Counted from the stretch's first letter, positions 13,040 through 29,418 are shown. The stretch is DNA of 64,000 nt from Eledone cirrhosa (GCA_964016885.1 OZ024740.1:374356001-374420000); one strand, 5' to 3'. Notes: generated by a model from the sequence alone, not told the origin. Made by a program: numbers and translations.

Positions 13040-15110
13040 CTTCTACTAATTTCCCTGAGGATCGTGGGGGCAGAGTCTAAAATGCGCCTTCCAGCGGTCC
13101 CTGTTGGAAGCAACCGTCTCGAACTCATCCGCTTGGATCCCTCAGAGAGACTGACGGAGATCATGGATGTTATCCAACCATATTGCTCGGGGTCTACCAC
13201 TGGAGTCGTGCAAGTTGGTTTGCCCGTAAAATCTGTCCAGCGCTTCTATCATAAACACGACAGCCACATACCAATAGCATTGCAGCAGTGATCTCACAAT
13301 TCGGAGAAGTAGCGGCTTTACATGTGACGAATCTCTGATCTCCTCGTTATGCATAGTATAGAGAAACGTTGTTCCTAAGACACTTCGGAGGATGTCCATT
13401 TTGGCCGCTTTTACGCGCAATAGTATTTTTCTGGACATTATCCATGATGCATAACTATAAAAATGGGTTGGCAAGAACAAGGAATTAAAGATAGCCTGTT
13501 TGGCTTTTACAATTACCCTCCCCCCCTTCCTTCTGATTACCAAATCCTTGAACTGGTGCATTACTGCATTAGCTCCTGCAATTATCGGTCTTAATTCACC
13601 ATCCTGCCTTCTATCTCTTGTAAACATGGCCCCGGGAAATTGGAACTCATCCACCTCCTTCAGTGGAACTCCATGCACACATAGAATGCAATGCGTAAGC
13701 TTTCTTAAGAGAACGAGTGTGTCTGATTTCGCAGCATTGATTTTCATTCAACCCATAAAGCACTCATTATCAACCCTCGCATGTGCAAAGTCGGAGATCA
13801 CCTTCTGTGAAGTTAGGTAACAATTTGCAATATGCAATTTCAGCCTACTGATTTTACACTGGTCAGTCGTAATACCACTTCGAACCCGGTTGCACATGTC
13901 AACCGTGTTCAGGAAAATAAGGAAATGTAGAGATAACAGTGCGCTATATTGGCAGAGTGCGACTCCCATTTGGAATGGTTTCGATTTAGCACCATTTATA
14001 AAAACAAATATATTGGCGCATTCGTATAAAGACATGAAGGCAACAAGAAACTAACAATATCTAACATACTCCTGCAGTACCTTCAACAGCAGTTCCCAGG
14101 GTACGCGGTCATATGCATTGTCGACGTTTACAAAGCAAGAATATACATCTTGGCAATTATCGCTCGAAGACATGCCATAGATTGAATATTTGATTGACTG
14201 TGTTGCATCCGGAGCGAAAGATACACGCCTCCACGGGTAGAGACGACTCGGAAATCTCCCTATATTTCCTTGTCAGACACTTAGCATAGGCTTTAACAAG
14301 GAGATTCCTCTATATTTGAAATAACATTTGTCAATAAAATTTTGCTTTTCTTCAACTGACCCAACATTAAGACCAGAGCTCGAGTATTTTGGGCCGTTCA
14401 CTTTAAAATTGACAATACGCCGGATTTCATGTTCCCAGCGGCCCTCCCATAGTTTAGTACTTTAATTGTTCTTCGACCTCAGCCTCTGAGAGATTAGTGA
14501 TAGCTCCCTCATCCACCTCACGTACATCAGAAAGTGCTGTCGTGATCGAGTTTAGGATATGGAAATGCATTCTTCTCATATCATGAGGATGCATCTCTCT
14601 GAGCAGAGGACAACACCAGACCCATTCCTGATAGCAGCTGTGGAGAAGGACATCTTATTACAGCATGTGATGTGATTCTTCATGCTTGCTTGTAACGCAA
14701 ATGCAAAAACGAAAACCGATCTACAAACCAAGATTTGTAGGCCTCTTTCTTTGCTCGAATGTCATCTTTAGCTTCTTCCTTGAATGAAAGGACCATCCTT
14801 CCATCCACACCATATCTCTATCGCCCTCTCCATTAACAGCTAAATCAGAAAGAGCTACGCTGATCAATCACCATTCTGTCTCGACATCTGCACTTTTGTC
14901 TGGATTTGGACGTATCTGCATAACTGGTCCTGAATTCCTTATCCTCTAACGCTATCCACTTTATGTAGGTTGCCTTGTACATGCAAGTAATTGTGCGCTT
15001 CTTTGGATTATAGGTAGTCTCCAGTTGCAGATAATTAGATGGTGATACGTTGATGTCCTCTCTGAAAATGAACATCCAGCACAGAATCAAAGAGATCAGA
15101 GATACTAACA
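13040..15110 (-). mobile_element. RTE-clade LINE, decayed ORF2 (RT and C-terminal region)
   Basis: ORFs 13142-13747 and 13748-14035 give MKINAAKS, IAGANAVMHQ, AIFNSLFLPT.FYSYASW, NEEIR and LLLRIVRSLLQ. Upstream, CFVNVDNAYDRVP (~14100-14140) is RT-like. Confidence 0.85.
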
Positions 15111-15177
15111 AAATAAATGATGGTCTCTATCGCTGATTCCTCTTAAACCCTATACATGTATACACTTCCAACCGCCC

Positions 15178-15266
<89 letters not shown>

Positions 15267-15949
15267 GTGTGCGTGGGGGGGAGGGTGTAAAATGCAAACA
15301 GAATAAACAAAACAGACGGCATGAAAAAATATATTACTTTAACGCTTGAATCAGCAGGATCAGGGTCTTAACATTGTGAGTGCTAGGCCTTCACCATAAG
15401 AAAGAATGAGAAATTACAATGATTGTGTGTATGCATGTGTGTGTCTGTGTGTATATATCTGTGTGTGTGTATACGTGTGTGTGGTTACCTTAAACATTGC
15501 TTCCTTGTATTGAATCATATTGCAATATATTGGATTGACGTACGATGTGGGAGACCACAACGGTATTTTTTCTATCACAGTATTTGATTACTTTTTGTAA
15601 GAAATGGGTGAGCGTCATATCGAAGAATTACTACTAAATGTCTAACCGGTTTTGAATACAAACTTTCTGATTCACTTATACTTTATCGTTTTTGTTTCTG
15701 ATGATAATGATGCAGAGCAAGTTTAAGTGAACAGAAAGTTATCTAAAAATTAATAAGAAATTATATTATTGTTCGTAGTCGGTGATATTCCAATTATGAT
15801 GCTCTCAGAAAATATACATCTTGTATGTGCTGAAGTTAAATTTTTATTACGAAACTCATACTGAAATAAACGCAGTACATGCAGTTTCAATTGAATACTC
15901 AGCCCCTGTGTAAGTTTTGCCTTCAGGTAAGTTTAGCATATCTTTATTT

Positions 15950-16950
15950 GCTAGTGTTCACGTCGTATCGGTATCCCGACATGAGTTGTATTAATGTTGA
16001 ATTTGACTTACCATTTCATGGGTTGGTGCACTGACAGTGTGTGGTTTGTAAATTTTAATCGAATATACTTCTGTTGTTATATCGATTTTCCCAAAGCGAA
16101 CGCCGCCTTAGTTATTGTTTCAATTACATTCTAAATATCTAATGTAATATGTTGTATTGTGGTATCACTGCTGTTTTAGTATTTAGGTGTTTCGGCTGGA
16201 GGGTATTCTTTTGATTTCTATCTAAATGTTTTTAGGAATGTCCCAGCTAGCCTATGCGTCCATGTACTGAACAGTACTCTCCTTTTGTTAATAGAGGCAT
16301 CTCACTTCTAATTATTTCCATTAATTGTGTTACACATATATTACAGAAACCAGATCCATCTCTATACGGCTGTGCAGATTTAAACTTGGACCACGAGAAG
16401 GAGTATTCTCTATTACTTTATTTTAGTTCCTATACTAATTCCGATTGTTCTATATCATTCTCATGTATAGTGTTAGACAGTTTTTCACATCAATCTCATA
16501 TTGCAATATGAGATTGATTTTATATCTCTATGTAACTTTTTTTGTTGGATTTATCATAGTTTTGTTTACAGTTTAAGTTCCATTGCTAATATACATATTT
16601 AGGTATATTTATTATCATCTAATTATAACTCGCCTTAGCCAGGTAACTATTATAATAATCCGCATTATTGTCCAACACCTCTTGTTTTAATGACAGTGTA
16701 TATATCTGCATAGAGATGTGCATGTGTAACCAATAGATATGGTTACGATAGTCACAATTCACACAGTGAAATATGTCCATTAACATTATGTTTGGTAGCA
16801 TAAGCATGGGTTTCGACCTTTCCGTAAAGAAATATATTCTTTCGATATACACTAAATGTAAATGTTCTATGAAAATGTAAAGAAGATATATATGGTGTAT
16901 GGCGATGTATCTCTTTTACACCAACTTACTCATTATCAATATAAAGAGAA
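15950..16950 (-). mobile_element. Very decayed PLE RT remnant
   Basis: RSKPMLMLPNIM resembles GT.MAP.YANIFM, and SEMPLL resembles the LPFLD region. Weak. Confidence 0.25.
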
Positions 16951-17065
16951 AATGGTCAGATCTTGGAAATCCATTAATCCGCAGATAAAATGAATACGGA
17001 CACACGTTTATAAGGGAATGTCTTTTCAATGACAAAAGATATGAGCAGATAAATCATAGGAAGTT

Positions 17066-17770
17066 TACTGGGTGTATTCAAAGTTCATAATTCGGTTTAT
17101 ACAATTTAAAAAAATACATTTATAACATTTTAAAATAGATTGAATTGTACAAATATTTCAATTTTCCTCCAATGTTATCCCCATGGAAAAGTAGAGCACT
17201 CCCTTCAGTAGATTGTCATATAATAGGTATTGGGTTCACTGAGAAGAAATATGACACTAGACTATATATCATACAACATGCAAGAGCAGGGTGTTCAATA
17301 ACTCATATACTGCAATGGAAATCAAACGTCATCATCGTGCATGGAATCGTGTGACAAAGGCTGTTTGTACGTATTGCTTTCTCATTCCAGACTGATAATA
17401 TGCAGCCATTATTTGAAACGTTTCTCTAAAGTGAAGATAAAGAGTTTTGATTTGTGTGAACTATGTCCGGGTGTCAACACTGCCGAAAATTTATGGCACA
17501 CCATTATATTTAAGTTGAATTCAAGACTAAAGAAGCTATACGTGTAGAGGTTGATGGAGACTCGTAGAAATTAAAGCCAACATTATTTAAATTCCTGGTG
17601 ACAGTTGATTTAAAGAATTAAAATAAACTACAACATAATCTTGCCAGAGGCGATTATTGTTAATATTTAGTTATGAATAAACATAATTTTTTTTTTTTTT
17701 TCAAAATGTTCTAAAGAAAATAAAGTATTCTATTTAGAAAGAAAAAAAAAACTTTTGTATCACATAAATC
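17066..17770 (+). mobile_element. Tc1-family transposon remnant
   Basis: ORF 17341-17547 reads KIKSFDLCELCPGVNTAENLWHTI, matching the Tc1 motif (I.VLDWP.SPDLNPIENLW). A TACTGGGTGTATTCAAA TIR-like start lies at ~17066. Confidence 0.55.
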
Positions 17771-17798
17771 AAGAAAACAACTAAATATGTTCATGTTT

Positions 17799-17844
<46 letters not shown>

Positions 17845-17940
17845 AGAGTGCATGCGTCTGAAAGTATGTACGTCAGTATATGTCCGTGTATCTATTGTTT
17901 TGCTGTCTATACACACGCGCACACACGGACACACACGCCC

Positions 17941-18012
<72 letters not shown>

Positions 18013-18889
18013 ATGCGTGGGTGTGTTTGCGTGTGTGTGACCGTGTGTGTGAGCGTGTGTGCGCGCGCGCTTGTGTCTATTTATATATTTCTGTTTAACT
18101 TGTACATACACACACACTCACACATATGTATATATATATATATATTTATATATATAAGCCTATATATGTATGTGTGTGTCTATGTACGCTTAAAGAGAGA
18201 GAGAGAGATAGAGAGAGAGAGAAAGAAAAAGAAAGAGAGAGAGAGAGAGAGATGACAGATAGATAGAAAAGTATCTTTGATGCAATAGATAGATGGAAAG
18301 AGAAAATGATGGAGGGTTTGGTCGTGCGTTGTTTAGAGAAGAGAAATCGCATTAACATTGCTTTATTCAAATTTTGTTAACACTGCAAGTAGATGTGAGT
18401 TAGGAATATCATTGTCAGAATTGTGAATAAAGAGAATAATATAAGTACGAAATAATGAAATAAATGTTGTAAGAGCTTCGAAAAAGTTTTATGTTGGTAA
18501 TGCTTATTATATAGGAAGAAATGTTATGATACAAACAGAAACAGGAATTAGAGACGTATAGAAGGATCGAGTTAGGTATAATAGGAAAAAGGACTGAAAC
18601 GAAAATATGAAAAGCATACAAAAATAAAGATAAGACAAAGTAGATTGAAAGAAAATGGGGAAAAAAGGAAAGAAAAGATATATTAACCTTTTGAAAAATA
18701 AATGTGAAACGGGACAAAAGAATATATTATATATTAGATATAACTAAGTATGAATGTGTGTATATATGTAGGGAAAGAGAGAGAGACCGACAGAGAGAGA
18801 GAGAGAGAGAGAGAGTGTGTGTGCGAGAGAGAATAGGGGTGAACAAGAGGGAAGGTGACTGGCTTACTGCTGTTTTAATGGTTTAGCTA

Positions 18890-19800
18890 GGTGTGGAAAG
18901 AAACGCGGTAATAGTTTTGAGAGAAAGGGAGATAGAATGGAATTTGTTGAATGTATCTATTTCGGAAACTTAATTTCGAGTATGAAGTTACAAGTTGGAA
19001 CTCAGTATTGTATGTTCTGTAGTGAACATGTAGTCTTGTATTTAATAAACAACTGCAAATTATGAATTCCCATCTATCGGCGACACATGTTTTCCCTAGT
19101 GTGAAGCCTCTGCCAACATTGTGAAAGTAATTTTCTAATTGGTTGCTAAGGTGCTGCTGTGACGAATTCAATAGGTATCGCGGAGTGTATTATTCCTAAT
19201 TTAAGTGATGTTGTCACTCTGCGTCTTGAGGTCAAAACAAATAATAGAGCTGTCACTTTCTATCTACTGGTTCCTTCCTTCCCCAATTTTATGGCAGAAA
19301 GGTAAACATACAAAAGATTGTAAAAAATATCCCTCTGTACGTGATGAATTATTAGGGACATCATACGGTGCTATGCACCGAGATAGGAAGCAACAGCCAA
19401 TGAAATATAATTTGTGTGTTAGGTATTGTACCGATCCATCTAAATCATAAGTGCGAATTAAATGGTAAGCTTAGTCCAATGCTGGTTTAGCAGACATCAA
19501 ATCACAGTACCTCATGTTGGAGATTTCTAGGGCGTTTTGTAATAGGATCACGAGTCTTATCATGTCATCATTTACTCTAAAGCGGGAAGCATGATTTCAT
19601 CTCAGAGCGCTTAGAGCTTGAGGAGACCCATCATGCATCCCCTCTGACACTCTAAATATTTCGACGACCCACAAATCTGGGCTAACATCATATTACCTCA
19701 CCCATGGTAATGTTGACTTCAAAGTATATGCCATCTCACCACCTTTAGAGAATTACTAATACAGGTTTAATCGATTATGATTTTCAACTAAAATCTATGA
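18890..19800 (-). mobile_element. Very decayed PLE RT remnant
   Basis: Minus-strand GCMMGL (GxAMGSP-like, ~19630-19645) and FRVNDDM (RYVDD-like, ~19560-19580). Confidence 0.35.
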
Positions 19801-20203
19801 CTTAATGCTAATATAAATAATGACTTTTCTATCATATGTCAATTTAAAATATATTTATATTATTTGGATCAAATTTTCATGAATGATTGGGATTATTGTA
19901 AGTAACTCGTTGGGCAGATATTCTATTTCAGCCCTTTATTTTCAAGAGTAAGTAGAAATAAAAGTAAACAGTTAAACCAAACAAATATAAAATGTTATAT
20001 TCGAAAGGTGGATGGGATAGTGGAGATTACCCATAGGAGTCTTTCTTGAGAAATGGTAGAAAATTTAATATTAATTAAATCCGTTTTCAGGGAGAGAATA
20101 TATGAGCGAGTAATATTTCCTCTGAAAGAGGCAAAAACATGTATCTATAGAAAAGAGAACCAAATAAAAAACAGCCATTCAGTAGGCATTTTTTTTTGTT
20201 TAT

Positions 20204-20750
20204 ATCACCTTGAACACCTTGACCGACCAGTCTGTCGGGCGTCCATTCGGCGCCGCTGGTCACAGCACGCCGTCCATTCCTCTCTGGATCGTGCTTTCCT
20301 CATCCATGTAGTCCCAATCGTAACTCCACCTTCGTGGAGGCCTTCCAAGTGGTCGTTTCCGCTCGCGCGGGTACCACTCGGCAACTGCGCGGGTACAGCG
20401 ATTATCGGTGAACTAGGCGACGTGTCTAGCCCATCTGAACTTGCTGCGCAAATATACCGTGATGAGGTCCCTCACGCCGGACTTCTGTCTGATAACTTCG
20501 CTCCTGATGTGCTCTCTGAACGAGATTCCTAGCATTGATCTCTCCGTGGCTCTTTGAGCCGTTACCAGTCTATGCTCTTCTCTCTTCGTTGTAGCCCAAG
20601 TTTCACTGCCATATAACATTGCAGGTAAAACTGTGCTACTGAAGAGGTTGGCGCGGGTGGTCTTGTCCAACCTCCTCTTGAGCACACCCCTTATGCCGTT
20701 GAACGCCTTCCAATGTCTCGGCGCATGTTCACTTCTTGTCCTAGGTAGAC
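20204..20750 (-). mobile_element. RTE-1-like LINE, 5'-truncated 3' end
   Basis: ORF 20413-20685 reads RANLFSSTVLPAMLYGSETWATTKREEHRLVTAQRATERSMLG...KFRWARHVA and continues as EWYPRERKRPLGRPPRRW. The 3' tail is a short CAAGGTG repeat, and the segment is GC-richer than its flanks. Confidence 0.9.
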
Positions 20751-20940
20751 ATATTCCTCCATCTCCTCTATTTCATCACCGCCACCCAACATACGTACAG
20801 ATATTGTTATGTCCATAGAATGTAGAAAATATATACATAATAGAGAAATACCTGTTCATGTTTGACAGCGGAAAGTGAGAGAAAATCAAAAAAAGAGAAA
20901 TCAAATTTAAAAAAAAATTAAAGAATGAATAAGAAAAAAA

Positions 20941-21385
20941 TCTTCTTCTTCTTCTTCTTCTTCTTCTTCTTCTTCTTCTTCTTCTTCTTCTTCTTCTTCT
21001 TCTTCTTCTTCTTCTTCTTCTTCTTCTTCTTCGGGGGTCGTAGGAGTAGAGTCTTCAAACTCTCCTTCCAGCGGGTGCTGGCAGAAGCAACCGACTCCAA
21101 CTGATCAGGCTGCATCGCCAAGATAGAGCAGAGATGCTCTAGATGTAATCCAACTGTTTTCTTCAGTGTATACCCTGAGTTTCCTACCGGTTGGTTTTAC
21201 CGTATAACCTGTTCAGCGATTCTTTCCTGACCCATTTTAAACACATGGACATATTATCTTAACTGTGACCTCAAAAATCGGAGAAGTACCAGCTCTACCA
21301 GGAGTGGCACTCTGATCTCCGATCTATTCACTCTATCAAGAAAGTAACGTTACTGCAAAGACCTTTCGCTGGAAACCCATGAAAT
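20941..21385 (-). mobile_element. 3' fragment of the RTE family at 13040 with a long (GAA)n tail
   Basis: 21032-21385 matches 13055-13400 (GAAGCAACCG, TCGGAGAAGTA, CTCTGATCTCC). About 30 (TTC) units at 20941-21031 lie at its 3' end. Confidence 0.75.
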
Positions 21386-22429
21386 TATATTTTAAGAGGG
21401 AAGAGTAGAGCTACGGGAAAATTAAAAGACAGAAGTGATATGTTCAAATGCTAGATATAAACTAAGTCATAATTAATGGAAAATCAAACGTGAAACTCTT
21501 CTTTAACAAGCAGAGTGATGGAAGAATGAAATATATGTCAGGATAAACGATGAATTAATAGAAGATGAAATGGAAGTAAAGCTATAGACATATAGGGAAT
21601 GAAAATAATTTAAAGATTTATAGGAGAAATGGACATATGAATAAAATATTATGTTTGCATTATTAAGTCATGTAATTGAATAAGTGAACGATGTGAAATG
21701 AGAGAGGGGGAGGGGGGTAGAGAGAGAGAGAATGAAAGAAAGAGCGAGTGAGAGAAAGAGAGAGAACGAAAGAAAGAGCGAGTGATAGAAAGAGATAGAT
21801 AGCGAGAGTAAGTCTAGTGTAAATTTGTATTTTTTGTTTAATATTGGTGTGGGTTTATTTATGATGAGTTATTTCTATCAAACGTGAATTGTAGTGTTGG
21901 AAATTTCTGAATTGCAGTGGGTGTTCCAGACAAACTTTGCCTAGAATACACGCTATCTTCTTTTGCAAGATGTTCTTCGAGAATGATGCAATATTTTTTA
22001 TTAGTATTTCAAAATAAATAATACCCAGTGAATCTTACTTAAAAAGTAGCACTTGTTATGATGTAGTCATTTATGCACACGCTATCAAAGGGATAACACT
22101 AATTTTTCAGCAATTAATGTTATTTGTTCTTTCCATTGTTCTGTTTGTTTCGAACATCCCTGCTGACGCTGCTTTGAAACGAATCCTATTTTTTACAATG
22201 CTTTTATTTTGTTGCTCTTAGTGTGTGATATATGCCGATTTATTTTGAACTATATATCTAACTGGTTATTTTCTTTTCCATCGCTCTCTAAAAGGTTGCC
22301 TTATGGAAACGAAGACAGCGTATACAAATATTAACATTCAGTGTATGGAATGAACTTGAATGCATGTTATAATACATATAGAGAAATGAGGCCATATTCA
22401 TTATCGTACCCAAGAAACTTACATATGAC

Positions 22430-22556
22430 AGCTTTGATCGGTAGAGAGTCGGTACCATGCTTTACAGCATAGAGTTACGGTCCTTTACGGTCTGAGTTCA
22501 AATCCCGTTGAGGTTAACTTTGCCTGTCATCCTTACGGGGTCGATAGAATGTGCCT
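22430..22556 (+). mobile_element. tRNA-derived SINE (Meta/MESC-like central domain), 3'-truncated
   Basis: B-box GAGTTCAAATCC followed by GAGGTTAACTTTGCCTGTCATCCTTACGGGGTCGATAG. Reverse-complement match to 54308-54480. Confidence 0.75.
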
Positions 22557-23146
22557 ATGACTTTGTTTCTGTTAACCCACTCGGACGCCTGGGCATCATT
22601 AAGCCATTCTTTTTATCCATGTTTGTGCTATGACGTGCCCAAACATGTTCACACACATGCTACGTATTTATGAATGACATTTGATAAAATTTCCCTCCTC
22701 TTCATTCAGTGCGCTTATGATATAACAATAAAGTGGTCTGTTTGAAATGTCCCTTTCAGACGTCAGATATGGTGAATTTATTTTTTGTTTTATATCTAGA
22801 GATTTTGCGTGGAAATCCATTTATATAATTACGTAATGAATTTGAATTAATAATATTATGTTTTACCTATATTATATGTCATTTAATACTCAGTTGGCGT
22901 TTGTATATGTTAATAAGAAGACATGAAAATAGGGTTTTCTGTAAGTAGGTAAACAAAGGATGATATATATATGGAGTCAGGGAGATACAGAGAGTAACAG
23001 AGATGTAGAAAAGTAGTAACAAATTAGAGCACCTAATAGAGAAGACAATGATGAGAATATGATGAAGAGGGAGATACATACAGGTATACGTAAAGACACA
23101 CACATTCACAAACCCACGCACGCACACATTCACACAGGCAAACACA

Positions 23147-23198
<52 letters not shown>

Positions 23199-23555
23199 TG
23201 GTCGATTAAATACGCCCATGTGTTTTTTTCTCTTATTCTTTTTATTTCATAATTTTCCCGACCCTTCCTCTTCTCACTCTTTATCTTTCTGTTTTATTTT
23301 TTATTTTATTTTCTATTTTCTTCTTCTGATGAAAAACTAGTGTCCGAAACATTAGGATACTTTTCCTGTTATATCTAGCGTTACACTAAAATATTTCTTC
23401 AATGTACTGTGTCTTTTACTTTGTTATTGTTGTTTAGGTTTTACATACATACAGAGACACACACAACATGTGATGTATATATATATATATATATATATTT
23501 ATTTATATGTGATATATGTAATATATGTATATGTGATATATGTGATATATATATA

Positions 23556-23951
<396 letters not shown>

Positions 23952-24971
23952 CATATGTGTGTGTGTATAATGAAAAATAAACCTTATAAATAGATTGATA
24001 GATAGAGAGAGAATAAGTGTGAGTAGTAACGCATGCGCGAGAGCGAGAGACGAAATGAAATAGGACGATGTTGCTGTATACTATGCAGGAATAAGGAAGT
24101 TACGTGGACTGTAATTCACGGTAAAAAAAGGAATCAGAGTCGGAATGAAAGATAGAAGCAATGCACGTTAGAAAGTGCAAGAGAATTAAGGTAAAGTTTG
24201 TGTTATTTCACGGAATGGTATCTAATGTGACTGAAAATTGATGTAGAAATAGAAATACATAGAAACGTAGAGAAGCCGGGTAAATTAAGAAAACCATATT
24301 TTAGAAAATAATTTTAGATGGAGAGAGAGAAAAGGAGAGTAATATAGCGACAGAAAATTTAAGAGCACTCCACATTACGAATGAAAGATGCGATAGTCGT
24401 TTATGGGAATATAAAGAGAAATTAGATAGGGAGAAAGAATGGTGAGAAATGTTGAAAATGTTAGAACAGTATGCATATGATAGTGACAGAAAAGGACGAA
24501 GTATAGAAGAGAGAAGACAGAAAGTGGTGTACGGTAATTTAAAAAGCATAAGAGAATGATATTAGAAAGAATGAGAGATTGTGTTCAGAAATGGAAAAGC
24601 AGGCCTGGGAGAGATTGTTAACGAAACTGAAGGAATAAATGGAAGATGTAGAGGAATCGAGATAGAAATTAGAACAACACGATAGAAATAATGAGAGAAT
24701 AAGAGAGTGTTTATATCAGGGATTGAAAAACACATCAATCATAAGGAGTCGGGGAGTCAGAGAGAGAAGAGAAAACAAGAGTGATTATAAGGATTGGAAA
24801 AGAAAAGTGTTGTATGTAAGAAAGAAGGGGGAAATAAGAAAGAAACTAGGAATGTTATCTGTATCAGGATAAAGTGAATAGCGGTAGCTCCAGAAAGTGA
24901 GATGGGCTGAAGAGAGAAATGGGAAAGAGGGAGATAGTTTATGAAAAGAGGGAAAAGATGCATTGTATCTG

Positions 24972-25063
<92 letters not shown>

Positions 25064-26496
25064 AAAGGGAAGCCAACAAAACGATAATGAAAAGGAAGTG
25101 AAAGCTATACTTCTGCCTGTAAGAAAGTTAACGGAGAGAATGATTGACTGAGCAAACGAATATATTTAAGAATACCGTGTTTTGACAAAAAATAGTGTAA
25201 AACAAAGACCGTATGAAAGAAATCAAAGCTGTATTTTTCAGAAAGTCTGTTGAATGAGAATATAAAAAATAAACGAAGGGCGGAATGAATGCATGAATTA
25301 ATTAATTAAAGAATGAATGCATCGAATAAAATGAATAAGTATGCTAAGAAGGTAGGTGGAAGAAAAGCACAAGCAATTTAAATGATAGAATTATGTAAGA
25401 TTGGAGAGAGAAACTGAGATCTAGTGTTGGTATTGATGTTGGTGTTAGTGTTGGTGTTGATGTGTGTATCAGGGTTGGTGCTAGTGATGATATCGGTGTT
25501 GGTGTTAGTAGTAATGATGAATGCATGCATGGAATTTAAAATCATATATCGAGAAGAAAAATAATAGCGAAGTGGGCCTAAATTTCAAACACACACACAC
25601 ATACACTGGCTCATACGTAAACACCCACATACATCCCAAAACACTCACGCATAAACACCGCACACACACATAGAAAGGAACGTGATTTCACTTATGGTGG
25701 TATCAGGAAAGCAACAGATGCAAATACAAGTGAGGTTTGGAAGGAAAATGTATATAGAAGGTTGAAGGAAGAAACGTACTGGATGTTAGTACAAAAATAA
25801 GATATAATGCACGACTGCAGAACAACAGTGTGGTGCATTCATAAGGGTGGAAAGGGGATGTGTGTTAAATATTGCAAGATGCACCATTACGTTCATGCAC
25901 ACATGCGCAAGTACTTGAAATACACTCACTCACAGAGAAGTTTAACCTAAATACACGCAGTCACGCTTATACATCAGCATATGCACAGAAAAATAAATGT
26001 AACATGATTAAAACGTAAAAATTAATGCATGAACTAAACCATACAAGAACCGGCTACATACATATATATGTACATACACACATATATATGTGTGTTTGGG
26101 TTTATGTATATGTGTGTGCGTGTGTGCGTGTGTGTATGTGTGTGTGTGTGTGCGTGTAAAGAGTTGCTGCTCCACAACTGGGCGATTGCCGCATCGTGTA
26201 CAAAGCTGAAAAATACTCGTACTAGTCTAAGATGGTAACTCTCAAAATATATATACACATAACATGATTCATAAAAAATAGTGCACATCTATCAACGCAC
26301 ACACTACTTTTTTTTAAAATCTAACTCTTGCACGAAAGAAAGTGTCTCTGGCCTTATGCTTCATAAGCACAATAATACATCACTGTTTACTTGGACTAGT
26401 GTTTTTATATATATATATAAACATATTTATATATAAAAATAGATATATACATATATATATACTTGTATATATTTATAAATATGTATATATATGTAT

Positions 26497-26579
<83 letters not shown>

Positions 26580-26619
26580 GTGTGTGTGTGTGTGTATGTG
26601 TGTATATATATATATATAT

Positions 26620-26656
<37 letters not shown>

Positions 26657-26657
<1 letters not shown>

Positions 26658-27517
26658 GATTCTAACCTCCAAAGGGTCATCAATGAGGTGTGTGACCGGA
26701 CTTGCCTTCAGTCAAACCTACTGGCTGTTATCCAATGGGCAGAAAAGAATAATATGCTGTTGAAAGGGGATAAGATTGAATTAATCCACTTTGGAAAAAA
26801 GGATGCCCTGAAACTACCATACTCTCTTTCCTCGGGAAAATCTCTAGTAGCATCCAATAACATTAGAGACCTGGGAATAGCTGTGGACAACAACATAAGC
26901 TGGGCCACTCATATAAACAGCAAAGTTGATATGGCCTGCAGAATGTGTTCCTGGATTCTCAGAACTTTCCAGTCGAGAGATATCCACACTGTTATCCTTC
27001 TCTTCTCCACTTTTGCCCGTCCCACCTTGAATAATGTTGTCCACTGTGGTCTCCCCACACGAAAGAAAGTATCATGAAAGTTGAAACACCCCAAAGATCA
27101 ATTACAAAAAAGATTGCATGATATGCCTTGACTATTGAAGTCGATTAGAAAAGCTCAATCTTTATTCTCTCCAACGTCGCCGTGAGCGCTACATTATCTG
27201 CATGATGTGGAAAATATTCCATCACCTTTGCCCATAACAACAATACGGCACAATTATTTCACCTCAATTGGCCCGGCTCTCTTTAACTTACACCAAAACA
27301 CATCAAAGCAGAAACAGACCCCATCATGTTCAAGACGACTATGGATAATTTCCTTCAAGAATCCCGGATAGGCGCCTGCCTCCGTAAACGATAACTCTAT
27401 GCTCGAGTGAGCCATGGTGCCTAAATACTGATTTGTAAGACTTCGCTTGCTGGTGCTATTAAGTTAGACATGGCCTTGGCAAATACTGGCCGAAACCTAT
27501 CAAAGTTGTCAAAGTTA
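26657..27517 (+). mobile_element. CR1/L2-group LINE, 5'-truncated 3' part
   Basis: ORF 26688-27077 reads [20 protein letters not shown]...IRDLGIAVDNNISWATHI...SWILRTF, with LYSLQRRRERY downstream. The 3' end has a TCAAAGTT repeat tail. Confidence 0.85.
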
Positions 27518-27540
27518 TATATAAATATATATATATATAT

Positions 27541-28543
<1,003 letters not shown>

Positions 28544-28822
28544 ACAGGGAGAAAGAGACGATCATTAGGAAGACACATGTTGTTTTCCTTTTTTGTTTCC
28601 CTGTCTCTTTTTTCTGGGTTAGAAAATGATTAATGCGAAACGTATATATATATATATATATATAACTGCTGTGTAGAACAACTGATGTTATTACATTGAG
28701 CTACTTATCTTACTGGTAATAAGGTAGTAATACATTACTGTCTTGCATTGATTAGGGTTTAACATATATATAACTATAAACAGTTTTAGTATATACATAA
28801 CCAAAAATAGTATCCTTAATAC

Positions 28823-28854
<32 letters not shown>

Positions 28855-29164
28855 TATTTATTTAGGTTTGTTGGTTCACCGCTGGATAGAACTGGTCATT
28901 CCATATGGTCAACGTCGAGGGCGGCCGGCCGACCTAGAAGCTGCTAAATGTTCGGCAGCCCACATGTCAATGATTTTCAGCCCCATGTATTTTGTGTATT
29001 ATATTCCTTTGTTATATTTCGAAAACCTGATAATATCAACTAATTCATACTGAACCCGGTCACTGAAATGCTGATAGTATAATAAACCTTTAACGGAATT
29101 ACACCAGTCCAGCCTCCTGTTATTCTATAATATATATATATATATATATATAAATGGAATATAA

Positions 29165-29418
29165 TGAAACGAAATTTCATTTCTCACTCTTAGTACGGCA
29201 CTTACTTAAATGTAAGTATGTATGTATGTATACGTATATACATATATGTATACATACGTACAGTAGTATGTATATATATACATGCACGTATCGGTTTACC
29301 GAACATTTATTATAATGCTCTGTTTGTTTGTAAACAAACAAACAGCCCGAATTACGCCGTACAGTGTTTAGGCAACCACGTCAACTTTTTGTTCAACACT
29401 GACACAGGAACGATGTAC
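29165..29418 (+). repeat. Dispersed ~250-bp module X (copies at 33550-33793 and 33964-34160)
   Basis: Shares TTAGTACGGC...AAATGTAAGTATGTAT...CGGTTTACCGAACATTTATTATAATG...CCCGAATTACGCCGTACAGTG...CACAGGAACGATGTAC with the other copies (the third copy is partial). Confidence 0.8.
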
